This document shows, piece after piece, positions 40,809-53,640 of a DNA stretch of 64,000 nucleotides. The notes beneath the pieces were generated by a model that saw only the letters and a list, made by a program, of their open reading frames with translations, did no database searches and was not told the DNA's origin. The DNA comes from Octopus sinensis (Eukaryota): assembly GCF_006345805.1 (NCBI RefSeq), contig NC_043000.1, positions 160,456,001 through 160,520,000 of the forward strand, in the 5' to 3' direction. Position 1 is the first letter of the stretch, and each line of letters starts with the position of its first letter. The translations under genes and the position numbers were made by a program.

Positions 40809-41039
40809 AACAACAAACATGGTGAGGACAAATATCCGTCAAATGTAAATAACGTAACATATTTTTATTAACAGTATTATTCATATGTAACAGTTTGTTG
40901 TATCTTCTATAAGCGGGGAAATAAATGCAGCAGTCAACTATAACTTGTGTCTTTGTATTTCTTGATGTTCTTTATCATGACACATTTGAAACCAGATTAT
41001 AGTATTACCAGGGCCTTAGTCACATTCACCTATTTCATG

Positions 41040-41190
41040 TGGCTCAAAATGTAATGCCAATGTCGAATTTGCCTTCCATCCTTTCGTGGCGGATAAAATA
41101 CATAAAATAAATACTAGCTGAGTAATGTGGTCGATGAAATTGACTAGCTTTTCCTACAAAATTTAAAGCATTGTCTCTATAGTACAGAAA
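41040..41190 (+). mobile_element. Old 3' fragment of the second SINE family
   Basis: GTCGAATTTGCCTTCCATCCTTTCG...GGTCGATGAAATTGACT, running into (ATT)n. Confidence 0.55.
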
Positions 41191-41596
<406 letters not shown>

Positions 41597-41735
41597 GAGT
41601 GAGAGAGCAGTGCACACCATCAAAGTGACGATGGGGTACAAATATACAAAGCCCAATATACCCAGCATGACTATTCGCCTGATAAGAGTACACCAGGTCG
41701 TATCAAGATAAACAGCGCATGAGCCCATCTTGCTC
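41597..41735 (-). mobile_element. 3' terminus of a LINE-like repeat with an (AAT)n tail
   Basis: Minus strand ...GATGGTGTGCACTGCTCTCTCACTC-AATAATAAT; I recognise it as a common octopus repeat end, but the clade cannot be determined from this fragment. Confidence 0.45.
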
Positions 41736-41966
41736 AAAGGACTTTCAATAATGGTTGTTTAAGAATGATGAAGGAATCACCTATATTTCTAGAGGTGAAT
41801 TATTAAAACCCACCGCGCGCGTTCGCATGTGTGTGCGTGCTTGCATGCATGCACACTCGCGTGTATATGTATGGTTGAGGCAATATGATGTTAAGGAATT
41901 TGCTACAGCACTTGCCATCAGGAAATCTTTGGTCGGATCCCATTGCATGGCTCTTTTGAAGAATTA

Positions 41967-42053
<87 letters not shown>

Positions 42054-42063
42054 TGTATGTATG

Positions 42064-42097
<34 letters not shown>

Positions 42098-42147
42098 TGT
42101 ATGTATGGATGGATGGATGGATGGATGGATGGATGGATGGATGGATT
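41967..42147. repeat. Compound microsatellite (CA)n-(TA)n-(TATG)n-(TGGA)n
   Basis: Directly visible. Confidence 0.95.
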
Positions 42148-42431
42148 TACGAGTTGACCAATAGTGTACTAATGGAACTGAGAGGAGGGAAAGTGTATAG
42201 AAGATCGAATGGAGTGTATCGGTAATTGAAATGATAAAACTTTGTCACGCTGATTCTGCCAAATAAAATAGTTTAATGATCACGTGGGTATCTAATTCAT
42301 GCTTTTGTATTTCATTTACGTATATTACTTTGTTGCACGTAGATATATGGATCTATGAGTTTTGAATTCATATTTTCATGTGACGTCTAGTTTGTCCTTT
42401 CTCTTCCATTCTCTCCCTTTCGCTTTCTCAA

Positions 42432-42463
<32 letters not shown>

Positions 42464-45417
42464 CTTCCCTCTAACACTTTCTTCCTTGCTGCTATCTCTT
42501 TCTTTACTGCCTTCCTCTCGCTCCTATCCACCGCTTCTGACCTGTGTGTGTGTGTCTGTCTGTTTGTCTGTCTGTCTGTCTCTCTCTATGTCTCTCTATT
42601 CTATACAACTTTTCTCACTCCTACCACTGACAGGTGACCCGTGGTGATCATCACTCCTCATTGCCATTTCTTCTTTCCCGTCGGTCACCGAAGCATCTGT
42701 TTGTGTTTCTTTGGTCTCCTATTCTAAACACGCTTTGTTATTCTTCGTCTCTCTCATTGAAACCCTTTAGGATATTCCTCCTTGCGTTAGCCATATTTTC
42801 GCCTCCTGTTTGGCCCTAAGACCTTATTCTGTTCAATAATCTTATATAGTTCATAGTCCACCTTCCATCTTGTTTGTTTTCGTCCTTATCCTTTGCACCA
42901 CCAGTATTCGTTTCGTCTTGAATATTGTTTTGCTTATATATTGTATATTGCCTATTTATTTCATCGTTGTAAGTTCACATTCTGTCATGAATTTGGCGAC
43001 CTTCTGTGGCTGCTTTCCGTTTAGTTGTGCTTTTATATATACTCTATATATTATATGTTTTTAATCTATGTGTTAGTTCATGCGAAACTTTCTTATTTTG
43101 CTTTATATGTATTTAGTTTAGAATAATGACCTTCTTTACGAATAAATATTATAAGCTAATTACATTAGCAAATTTTAGCGCGCATAACTATCATTTGAGA
43201 TTTATGATGGGCGTTGGACAATATAAAGGTATAGATATCAATATCTCCAGTGTATCAAGGAGCAGTTGATTTTCTAACACATCACTTCTTTTAGCAGAGC
43301 TAAGCAGGGCACATGATACAAGGGAGAGACCGTGATTTTAGGGGCCAAACTATAGTTTACTTTTACCTGCATTACTCGCATTATATAATGCATGCATGTA
43401 TGTATGTACATATGTATATGTGTATATATTTATGTACGTAGTACGTATATATCTATGTACATATAAATGTCTGTATGGATGTACGTTTGTATGTATGTAC
43501 GTATATATATATATATATATATATGCATGTATATATATGTATGTATATATTCATATATATATATATGTATATATATGTGTGTGTGTAAGTATTTATAAAC
43601 GTATATATGAATGTATATGTATCCATAATGTATGTTTGTATTATGTATGCATATAAATGCATCGATGGGAATGTTTTTGCCTCTCTCCGATTTTGAATGT
43701 CAATGAAATTTTTACAGAAAATTGATGGCTTTCCGCAATTCACATATTTCAATACTATTTAACATGCATAATTTAAATCGTATGAAGGATATACTTGAAG
43801 TTAGAATGGATCAATAATGGCATTGCTTCAATATAATACAACAAAATATATTTAATTTCATACACTTCATTTAGAGATTATTAAAAGTATTCTCGTGCTA
43901 AACGAATAAAAACTGCATCCTCGTAATATTTTTTACACTTGATTGTATTTTAGTGCATTAAGTCATAAATCTATTCTTTCTTTATTAAAATGCGTAGTCA
44001 AAAACTCCAGGTATAAAGCAAATCTAAATTTCCATATGCCCATGATACATGGCTCCTATGGGAGCGATGCGCTCATGCCTTACACTAATACATCTATATA
44101 ACCGAAGCGTACTCTACACGCACACTGACACACACACACGCGCGCACATCCACATACATAAAATCACGCATGCACGAACACACACGTATTCACACATATT
44201 CATCCATAAAACTCTAAACACCTATTAAATATGGATCCTCTAACTGCTAAGTATCTTTCCTTCTTAATCCTATTCTCTTAAATTCACTTTCCTTCACGTT
44301 AAAATCATTCCACAGAACTTGTTTGTCTTTTCATCTCCATTCCTTCATTCCTTTATTTTTCTCGTCTTTTCTTTGATGTAGGACAAATATCTCAAATCCC
44401 AAGTACATTCGTAGATGAGTCCTTCTTTCGCTATTCCAACTTAAAGCTAATATCATAACTTCGTATCTCCATTGCTCCTTTGTTTGTGTAATCCTTGAGA
44501 TATGTAAATATCATAAAAAATAAAAATATCGTTGTCGGACGGAGGCAACCTGTCATTTAAATCATATTACTGTATTCTCGTCTCCGAATTTGGCATTAGA
44601 AATGTCAGGTATTCGGTCGTCGACTACATGTTTATGACCTAACGGTTCTTGTTTATGAGATGTAGTTAATCGGAATTCCTTAGCTTCAGTTCTTTGTCTC
44701 ATTAATGTCAAAGACGTCTTTGACATTCTTTTTTCTATTGAAGGTCACGGCATTTCGAGCCACGAAACAGTATATCGAATATAAGTTATTACCTTCACTT
44801 TGTTTTCGAATTCAACGCATCCTGTTTCAATTGTATGGAATATCTTTTCAAGTAGCTTCATATATTATTGGTTTTCTTTATTAGTTAACCATCTGATTGT
44901 TATGAATATGTGGTATCTAAAGTCTGACTATGTTTTTACACTACTGTATTGTTCAAAAATAAGCTTCACATGCATGTTTTCTGATGCAAAGATTACATAA
45001 TCGATGTCGTCACAGAACGGAGACTAAGTGAACTTTCAATACATTGTAATCTGCTACCAAGTCCACCACAAAGATACTAAATAAAGTATCACATATCACT
45101 ACGAATCTGCGAAGTTGATTTCCACAACTTGTCAACGATCTTTCCCTTTTGGTCAATTAGTTCTAGCATACAGATGATGTACTGTATAGGGATCAGTAAT
45201 TAATTGACGTATGATGTGTGTATATCACGTTACATCCTATTCATTATATCGACTCATTGATTATGCTTGATTTTCTGTAATTAAATATTTGCTTTGGATC
45301 TTAAGTATCCTTCATAAGCAAATAATATGGTTAATGCGTTCATTAAAAGACAGTAAACAGAACAGTTAGGGTGTTCTACATTACAGGGTGATGTTGTGGT
45401 GGTGGTGTTGTGGTGAT

Positions 45418-47688
45418 AGGGCACAAATTGACTACCTCATCTTTCGAAAGAAATGGCGCAATAGTGTTAAAGACTCGAGATCCTACTCTTCCTTTAGTTC
45501 TGTCGGCTCTGACCACAGAATTGTATCAGCTACCGTTAAGCTTAGTCTTCGCTCATCCAAAAAACTAAGCCTCATCCGATGAAAATGATCGACTGGGAGG
45601 AAGTCTTATCTAACCCCGATATGTCCAAACAATTTACTATTGAGGTCTATAAGACATTTCAATCTCTGTCTACTTCTGAAATAGATTCTGAGAACATTGA
45701 GGAAGTATACAGCAGCCTCATCAAATCAACAGAGGAAGTTGCACTGGCTACTCTTCCCAAAAAGAAGAGTAGGGGCCAGAGCAAACCTTCTAATTCCCCA
45801 AATGTCATCGAAGCCAGAAACCATCTAAAGTCTATATCACTAGCTTACCACCGTTCTCCATCCCAGTCACTGAAGATCCAACTCATAGCTGCCAAGAAGA
45901 ATCTTGATGAGGCTTACTTGAACGCCGAGGTCGACTTTATCAATGGCAAATTAGTAAACTATCCAAAGGGCATATTAGTAAAAAACACCATCTCGCCTGG
46001 AAATCCATCAAAGACCTATCAGGCAAAAATTTTGTGTCATCAATTAGAATTAAAGGGGGATCAGCTAAGAAGCGTTTAGAAAATTGGTCAACCCATTTTA
46101 AAAACCTCCGTGGGAAGGATGCCAAAATCCCTGATAACCCCACTCTTCCAAGTGTGCCTATATCAGACACGCTGGACATCAGCACCTCCCCTTTTACCAT
46201 ATTTGAACTAACAGCAGCCACCAAGCAACTAAAAGCCTCGAAAGCATTTGGTCCCGACAACATCCCAGCTGTAATTTGGAAGGATGATAGATTTCACACA
46301 CTTTTGCTCAACCTCTGCAACCACACACTTTCCACCTTTGTCGCTCCAAAGATTTGGCACCAATCTCAAATCATTCAAATACCCAAAAAAGGCGATTTAT
46401 CCCTCGTCACCAACTACAGGGGTATATCTCTATATGCAAAACTGTACAACAAACTGATCCTAAATCGTCTTGTCCTTTTTGTTGAACCTTTGCTCCGAAA
46501 GAACCAAAATGGATTCAAACATGGGCGGTCAACGCTGAGCCAGATACTATGCCTACGCAGACTTATTGAAGAATCAAAAGCATTTAATCGCGATCTTGCA
46601 ATGGTATTTGTAGACTTTTCTAAAGCGTTCGATTCTGTAGATAGGTACAAGATGTTTGAAATCCTTAAGCTCTATGGGATACCAGACAAAATCATTTCTG
46701 CCATCAAGGTCCTCTACACAGATACGTCTTCAACCATCTTACCTCCTGACGGAAAAACATCATCTTTCTCAATCAAAGCCGGAATACTGCAGGGAGACAC
46801 ACTTGCCCCATTTCTTTTCATCATTGTTGTTGATTATGTGCTACGTATGTCAGTTGATACCATCTCTGGCAAGGGCTTTGAAATAAAACCAAGAAGAAGT
46901 TCCAGACACCCAGCTGAGTACCTGACAGACACTGACTTTGCTGACGACTTCGCTCTTATCAGTGATTCTCTCTCCTATGCCCAGTCTCTTTTACAATCTC
47001 TTGAACAAGCCTCAAATTGTGTAGGTCTTTACCTCAATGAGGCCAAAACTGAATACATAAACAAGTGCCTGTCCAACAGTGATTGCATCATCCATACTCT
47101 CAACAATGCGCCCTTAAATATGGTTTCTGATTATAAATATCTTGGGTCATACATATCATCATCTGGAAAAGACTTTCTAACTAGAAAGGGTATGGCCTGG
47201 TCAGCCTGTAGTGACATGCATAAGATCTGGTCATCAAATCTAAGTAGAGACTTCAAACTTGAAATATTCAAAGCCACAGTCGAACCGATTATACTATATG
47301 GCTCAGAAACCTGGACGTTATCAAAGAAGCTTGAGAGGCGGTTGGATGGAACCTACACTCGCCTCCTTATGAGAGCTCAAAATCTCTCGTGGAAGCGCCA
47401 TCCAACCAAAATGCAAATATATGGGAAACTACCACCTGTGTCATCTCTTGTGAAAGGTAGGAGAGTCCAGTTTGCTGGACGTTGTTGTAGAGCAGCAAAA
47501 GAAGTAATTTCTACTCTTCTCCTCTGGAAGCCATCTACACGCAATACCAGAGGGCGCACACTCTCCTACCCTGACGTAATCTCCAGGGATACAGGCATCC
47601 AGCAACAGGACCTCTGTAATGCCATGATGGACCGTGAAGTCTGGCGTAGCATAGTAAATTCCATTGTCTCGACCACGGTCGAACAATG
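45418..47688 (+). mobile_element. 5'-truncated RTE-group LINE
   Basis: APE endonuclease C-terminus (QIDYLIFRKKWRNSV...SDHRIVS), linker and RT; 8-bp direct repeat GTGGTGAT at 45410-45417 and 47689-47696 (candidate TSD in TGG-rich DNA). Confidence 0.9.
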
Positions 47689-47695
47689 GTGGTGA
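46034..47695 (+). CDS. LINE reverse transcriptase ORF remnant (553 aa, not a native start)
   Basis: NYRGISL, NQNGFK, FVDFSKAFDSV, GILQGDTLAPFLF, TDFADD, YKYLGS, ILYGSETWTL; upstream endonuclease and linker are in other frames. Confidence 0.85.
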   Translation: MSSIRIKGGSAKKRLENWSTHFKNLRGKDAKIPDNPTLPSVPISDTLDISTSPFTIFELTAATKQLKASKAFGPDNIPAVIWKDDRFHTLLLNLCNHTLSTFVAPKIWHQSQIIQIPKKGDLSLVTNYRGISLYAKLYNKLILNRLVLFVEPLLRKNQNGFKHGRSTLSQILCLRRLIEESKAFNRDLAMVFVDFSKAFDSVDRYKMFEILKLYGIPDKIISAIKVLYTDTSSTILPPDGKTSSFSIKAGILQGDTLAPFLFIIVVDYVLRMSVDTISGKGFEIKPRRSSRHPAEYLTDTDFADDFALISDSLSYAQSLLQSLEQASNCVGLYLNEAKTEYINKCLSNSDCIIHTLNNAPLNMVSDYKYLGSYISSSGKDFLTRKGMAWSACSDMHKIWSSNLSRDFKLEIFKATVEPIILYGSETWTLSKKLERRLDGTYTRLLMRAQNLSWKRHPTKMQIYGKLPPVSSLVKGRRVQFAGRCCRAAKEVISTLLLWKPSTRNTRGRTLSYPDVISRDTGIQQQDLCNAMMDREVWRSIVNSIVSTTVEQWW

Positions 47696-47854
47696 TGTGG
47701 TGTTTAACTTCTTAAGTCACTGAGCAGACAAGAATGCATACAAACATACATGCACGCATGCATACATGCTCACACACAAGCATACATATATACATACCTA
47801 CGTAATTATACACCCAATCAACCAAACACACACATACACACATGCACACACACG

Positions 47855-47928
<74 letters not shown>

Positions 47929-47932
<4 letters not shown>

Positions 47933-48143
47933 CAAAATTGCAGTACTATACAGAAAATTGCACTACTATACAGAAAATTGCACTAAATACAGAAAAGTGC
48001 ACTACTAGGCACTGCACACATCCTACGCAGAACACTTTCCATACAATAACCATCAGAGCATCACAACAAATCACAGCACATACCCAAGGCACACAGAGCT
48101 GCGCTCGGTAGTGAAGTGAAAGCACGCTATAAAAATAAAACTA

Positions 48144-48146
<3 letters not shown>
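47929..48146 (+). mobile_element. Extreme 3' end of a Dong/R4-type LINE inside an (AAT)n array
   Basis: 47987-48049 translates IQKSALLGTAHILRRTLSIQ*; 3' UTR matches the reverse complement of 58001-58170; (AAT)n at 47861-47928 and 48147-48216. Confidence 0.8.
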
Positions 48147-48203
<57 letters not shown>

Positions 48204-50648
48204 TATAATAATAATAGGGAATATAATTCCAAACTTACAAGGGAAAATTCAATTTAGCAATTCTAAATCAAATTTCACAATATATAATCTATGTATAGAA
48301 TTCAGAGAAAAACCTCGATTAAACAATTCAATAGTGAAAGAAGTTATTCACACCATATAGAAAAAGTTAAATATACTATTTATACACTTGGTGTATGGTG
48401 AATGAGAACATCGGTACGGTTAGTGCTGTACTATTTTGAGAAGTATTTGTAGGAGTAGTTAATCGACGTTGTAAGCTGAGATATACTTAGTGTACACATA
48501 CAGAAAAACACTCACACATAGACACGTATGTATATTTTTCGTTGCCATTTATTCCAGCTTTTCGGAGAAAACTCAATCAAGGGATTTTCAGGTTTTGTAA
48601 CCATGAGAATGGGTTAATCAGTTCACATACCTAGAAATATGTACTGATTTATTTCTCCTCGTTGGATGGGTATTCATGCTTCTTTAGTAAGTAGGTGTTT
48701 CATTTCGTTTAACGTGTGTTAAGCCATGTGTACAAGTGACACTGCGCTGCTGTTGATTCCTGGGTAGTTAAATAAAGGATCAATAATGAAAAGGTTATGA
48801 ACCAAATTCTTCACTTCATTTTTTTTAAAGCTCATAAATTTCAAAGCTTTTATTTTCGAATTAAAATCCATAGACTGGAAACAAGTCACCTTAGATGTTC
48901 TCTTCATCCGCAACGTTGGAAGAGATATTCACATCTGTTACTCAAATGAATGTAAAACAGTGCATGGCATTTTTTTCTCTTTATCAAAGAACAATATTTA
49001 GTCTGTAGCGTTGCATAAGGTTGCCTTGAGCTTTCATTGGTATATCACAGAACATTTTGGTTACATTCTCCTCACATTCCGATTAAATTCTAGTTGTATT
49101 CTGCTTCTCGTACCATTGGTATGACCACGAGAAATATCTCTGCTATGGCATCATTGTGTATAGTTTTGTGCAACGAAACCGTGTCTCATGGAAAGTTAGA
49201 TCCTTCAAGACATGTCGATGCAGTTGCTGGTGATGTGAGAGATACTTCCCATTTGAGTATGATACCGTCACATATCTCTCTCAAACTTGGTCTTTCTTTA
49301 CGCAATATATTCCATCGCTAATCTTGACACTGATAAACGAAAACGTATACAGCGAGATATTAGGTGATAAGCCTATCACAGGTCTCAGATAGTTTACTCT
49401 GTCTGTCAATATTGTTGGTATCTTTTAGTTTGATGGAAGTTTACTAATCATTATTTCTGGTTGATATGATGATTGCTTCCCCTTCTATTTTCCGGATTAG
49501 TTCAGATACACTAAGCACATGAAACAACTGAGAGTAATTATTTAGGAGGGCTTCAGCTGCTTAACCCGTCGTTTTCTCTATTGAGTATATGTGTAATTAA
49601 TTTATTTACTTACTCTTCATTAGACGTTGGTAAGTGATATATGTGACACTCAAAGGCTATTCGTTCTGACCTTTTGCCTTTGCCTTCATTCTCTTATTTA
49701 ACTTGTATTCATTGAGTGCTATTGTTGATTTAAAGTTTCCCAGTACTGATTGAAGTGGTTAGTATCTTTCTAGTTACCGAGTGAATGCATTATTGTGCAG
49801 GGTGCTCCTGGATCATGGATAGACATCCACATTATCACATTTTTATTCATATTATTTTAGGCAAAGACCTAATTTTAAATAAGGAAGTCACTATTTAATT
49901 CATTTTATTTACCTAAGTTTAACCCCAGAATGTGCCACATTTTCTTTTTTTTTAAATAGCTGCAGCACTGTTATATGCCGCATTACAAAATTCTCTCCCG
50001 CTCTTTTAATGATTATGACTCTATCTTTGTTCATCCTTGTAGGTTCCGTTGGAAATGATGACATTATAAAGCAGTTATTTTCATAAACGAACATATCAGT
50101 TCTCATGACAACGATCAAAGCCAATTATTTTACGAGCTTATATGCAAGTATGTGTTTATATATGTATGTGTACGTCTATGATTTTTTTACATTCTTCTAT
50201 ATGCGATGTAGCATAAATGAAATAAGACTAAAAATTAGAAGAAATAAATAGAAAGAAAGTTTATATTTTATACAAAGAAAACTACTTCATTTAATATATC
50301 ATTTGGGACCTATTGACCCTGGTAAAATTATACGTTTCCTTAGGATTAAATGTTTTGAATGGTTGGCCAGCAAAGAGGTTGTGGAAGAATGTTTATCCCC
50401 TAGCACTCATTCTGGAACGTGAATCACCACTATTTACACTCATATTTTATTCGTATTATGATGCCATGATTTTCTGTTTACTTATATCTATCGAGCCATA
50501 CAATATCTATGATTAAACAAGCAACAAATACCTGAAATATCATAGTCATAGAGTGTATGCTACAAATTCTAAATAAATCCGACTTGAGTTGGATTACATA
50601 GAATCACTTCGAGTCATTCTTTTGCTTGGTTATTATGTAATCAAACGG

Positions 50649-50689
<41 letters not shown>

Positions 50690-50873
50690 TAACATTCGTA
50701 GCCACTTTAACATGGCTGTGCGTTCGAGCGGACTCTACTGCGATTTTTTAACCCCAAGAGGATATCTCCTCTAGCTAGTTAACGATGAACAGCTGCAACC
50801 GATAAAATTGATGTCTGCGTTTATATATAATTACAGATGCTCATACGTGTTTGTGTATGTAGGCATGTGGTAG

Positions 50874-50898
50874 ATAGATAGATAGGTAGATAGGTAGG

Positions 50899-50967
<69 letters not shown>
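50874..50967. repeat. (GATA)n-(GA)n compound repeat
   Basis: Directly visible. Confidence 0.9.
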
Positions 50968-50970
<3 letters not shown>

Positions 50971-51769
50971 GATAAAGATATTAAAAACCATTCCATTTCG
51001 AATCTGTACAACTAAACCGAACACTAATTCAGGTGTAAAAGGTCTCTTCTCCACCCGTCACATTTTGGGTGTTTCGTTGGATAAAGTATGAAGAGTGGCC
51101 ATGTTTGTTGGCGAGTACATAATTGCGAAAAAGAATTAGCAAATGCATGTTACATACTCTCAAGTCATACTTATTTGCGAGTAGCGGCTGTAATGCTTGC
51201 ACGATGCTTAATATAAGAAAAGAATGCTGTACAACGCTTCTCTCCCACTCTTTCTCTCTCTTACTCTTTCTTTCTTGCTCTCTCTCTCTCTCTCTCTTTC
51301 TTTCTAACGATCTGTGTGATCCATTAAATATGCGTAGTGCAACTGGCAGTAATTTGGTTATGCCATTCGGCTTGAAACATATGTTTGATTGTGTATGTTC
51401 GTAAGTAATTATGTTTGTACGTATGCCTGCTTGCGTGTGTCTCTGTGCCTGTGTATGTGTGTTTTTGTGTGTATGTCTGTATGTGTCCATGTGTGTATGT
51501 TTGCGTGTCTGTGTGTGTGCGCGTGTGTATATGTTATATCTGAGAAACAACTTTCCTTTGGACATGTCATTTTGAATAAACGACTGTGTTCTTTTATATT
51601 TTTATAGTTTTCACTTTTTTCATATTTACATTCCTTGCAGCATGTTTCTAACTTAGAAATTTCCAATACAATTACCGTAATTTCCAGGTCTTTGTAGCTT
51701 CAACACCAACGTGTGGTGATCGTAGAATATTTTTGTTCTGCCTTTGTAGTTGGCAGTAATAATTGTGAT

Positions 51770-52361
51770 GGCGGCGAGCTGGCAGAATCGTTGGCACGCC
51801 GTACGAATTGCTTAGTGGTATTTCGTCAGCCGTTCAAATTCTGCGAGGTCGACTTTGCCTTTCACCCTTTCGGGGTCGATTAAATAAGTAACAGTTACGC
51901 ACTGGGGTCGATAAAATCGACTTAATCCATTTGTTTATCCCTGTTTGTCCTCTCTGTGTTTAGCCCCTTGTGGGTAGTAAAGAAATAGGTATTTCTTCTG
52001 CCGTTACGTTCTGAGTTTAAATTCCGCCGAGGTCGACTTTGCCTTTCATCCTTTCGGGGTCGATTAAATAAGTAACCGTTACGCACTGGGGTCGATAAAA
52101 TCGACTTAATCTGTTTGTCTATCCCTGTTTGTCCTCTCTGTGTTTAGCCCCTTGTGGGTAGTAAAGAAATAGGTATTTATTCTGCCATTACGTTCTGAGT
52201 TTAAATTCTGCCGAAGTCGACTTTACCTTTCATCATTTCGGGGTCGATAAATTAAGCACCAGTTACGCTCTGAGGTCGATATAATCGACTTAATTCCTTT
52301 GTCTGTCCTTGTTTGTCCCCTCTATGCTTAATCCCTTGTGGGCAATAGCAATAAAGAAATA
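51770..52361 (+). mobile_element. Second-family SINE with its body tandemly triplicated
   Basis: One tRNA head at 51770; body units begin GGTATTT at 51817, 51988 and 52172. Confidence 0.9.
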
Positions 52362-53309
52362 AATAATGCAGGTTTAATACACACTAACCAGTAGGACAGT
52401 TCAACTATTTTCTGAAACAATAACCACAGCACAGCTCAGCTACTTGCAAATAATTATTTCCTGCTATGAAGTGTTTCTCCTCAGGATTCTTTACTGGGTC
52501 GGGGCGAATTTGTTACTATGAGGACGACTCGGCAGAAAATTTTAGTCATTTGCATAATAGTACATGTACAAGAATGTTTTTGAAATGTCTGAAATACTGA
52601 GGCATTTACGTTAACATTAAGGGCGCTTAATAGACATGAGATTGCATTCGTTGTGAAAATATGGGCAGAGATTTACTACATTCATTAAAGAATATTTATA
52701 TTTTTAAATATGAAATCGCGAGATCACGGAGAGAGAGGGAGTGAGAGAGAAAGAGAAAGACAGACAGAACGAGAGCGAGAGAGAGGGGGAGAAAGACAAT
52801 GACAGAGACTCCGTACATTTTGTCTGCCATTCTGACATGGGCTACCATTTATCATCTTCTGTTTCATTACACATTATGTTGATCTATAGGTTTCATTGTC
52901 ACTCTTCTGTCATCTTTTCTCTCTCATAACAAGATGGCTACTTTTAAACTTATGGAAGCCTGTTCAGCTATCTGTATATAAATTATGCTCCAAGTATTAG
53001 TTAAGTATACCTATCTGTTGAATATATTTCAACGCATGTGAAACGAAAACGAACATTATATTATAGATATTATTATAAAATATGCATATGCTGGAGAGCA
53101 AACAATTCTACGAATCGAAACACTATGAATCCAGACGCATAAGCAGACTTACATATGTGTGTAATATCTATGCGCATAAAAAAGTATCTAAAGAGCCAAT
53201 ATCTGCACTGCTTAAATGTGTTCCATTATTACTAGCACACTTGGACTTATTGTTGAAGCAGGGTTCGTACTCTCGTTGCTTTCCCTTGGCTGTTGCCATC
53301 CTCATGGCT

Positions 53310-53640
53310 AAGTGTCGGAGACCCTTGACGCGTGCACTATCTCCTGCGATTTCTTTCTCTGGCAAGATGTCAAACACCGAAGGAAACAATTTGTGGTGGA
53401 CATGTTAGTTCGATTAGATGAAGAAGAAAGCTTCCATCGAAAAATTTGTTTCAGCGAGAAAGTAACATTTCATATAACAGGAATAATAAGGAAAACTAGA
53501 GAGAAATAGACCAAACGTCAATGATTAATATGGCTACATATTTCATCAACAGTTTGGCTCATATTTCTTTGTAAAAAGAATGATTACTTCCAACACTTAC
53601 CTTGATATTTTACAAGAATTTTAAGAATTAGAAATTAGAG
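53310..53640 (+). mobile_element. Tc1/mariner-superfamily transposase remnant (non-canonical subgroup)
   Basis: RRKQFVVDMLVRLDEEESFHRKICFSEKVTFHITG resembles the FSDE(A/S)TFH first-Asp motif; a CDFFLW motif lies nearby. Confidence 0.55.

Larger units (their letters stand above)
40270..40860. mobile_element. Family B foldback element: two outward-facing hammerhead arms around (ATT)n and a tRNA-like head
   Basis: Arms about 40305-40498 (minus sense) and 40688-40858 (plus sense) are diverged inverted repeats. Confidence 0.8.
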
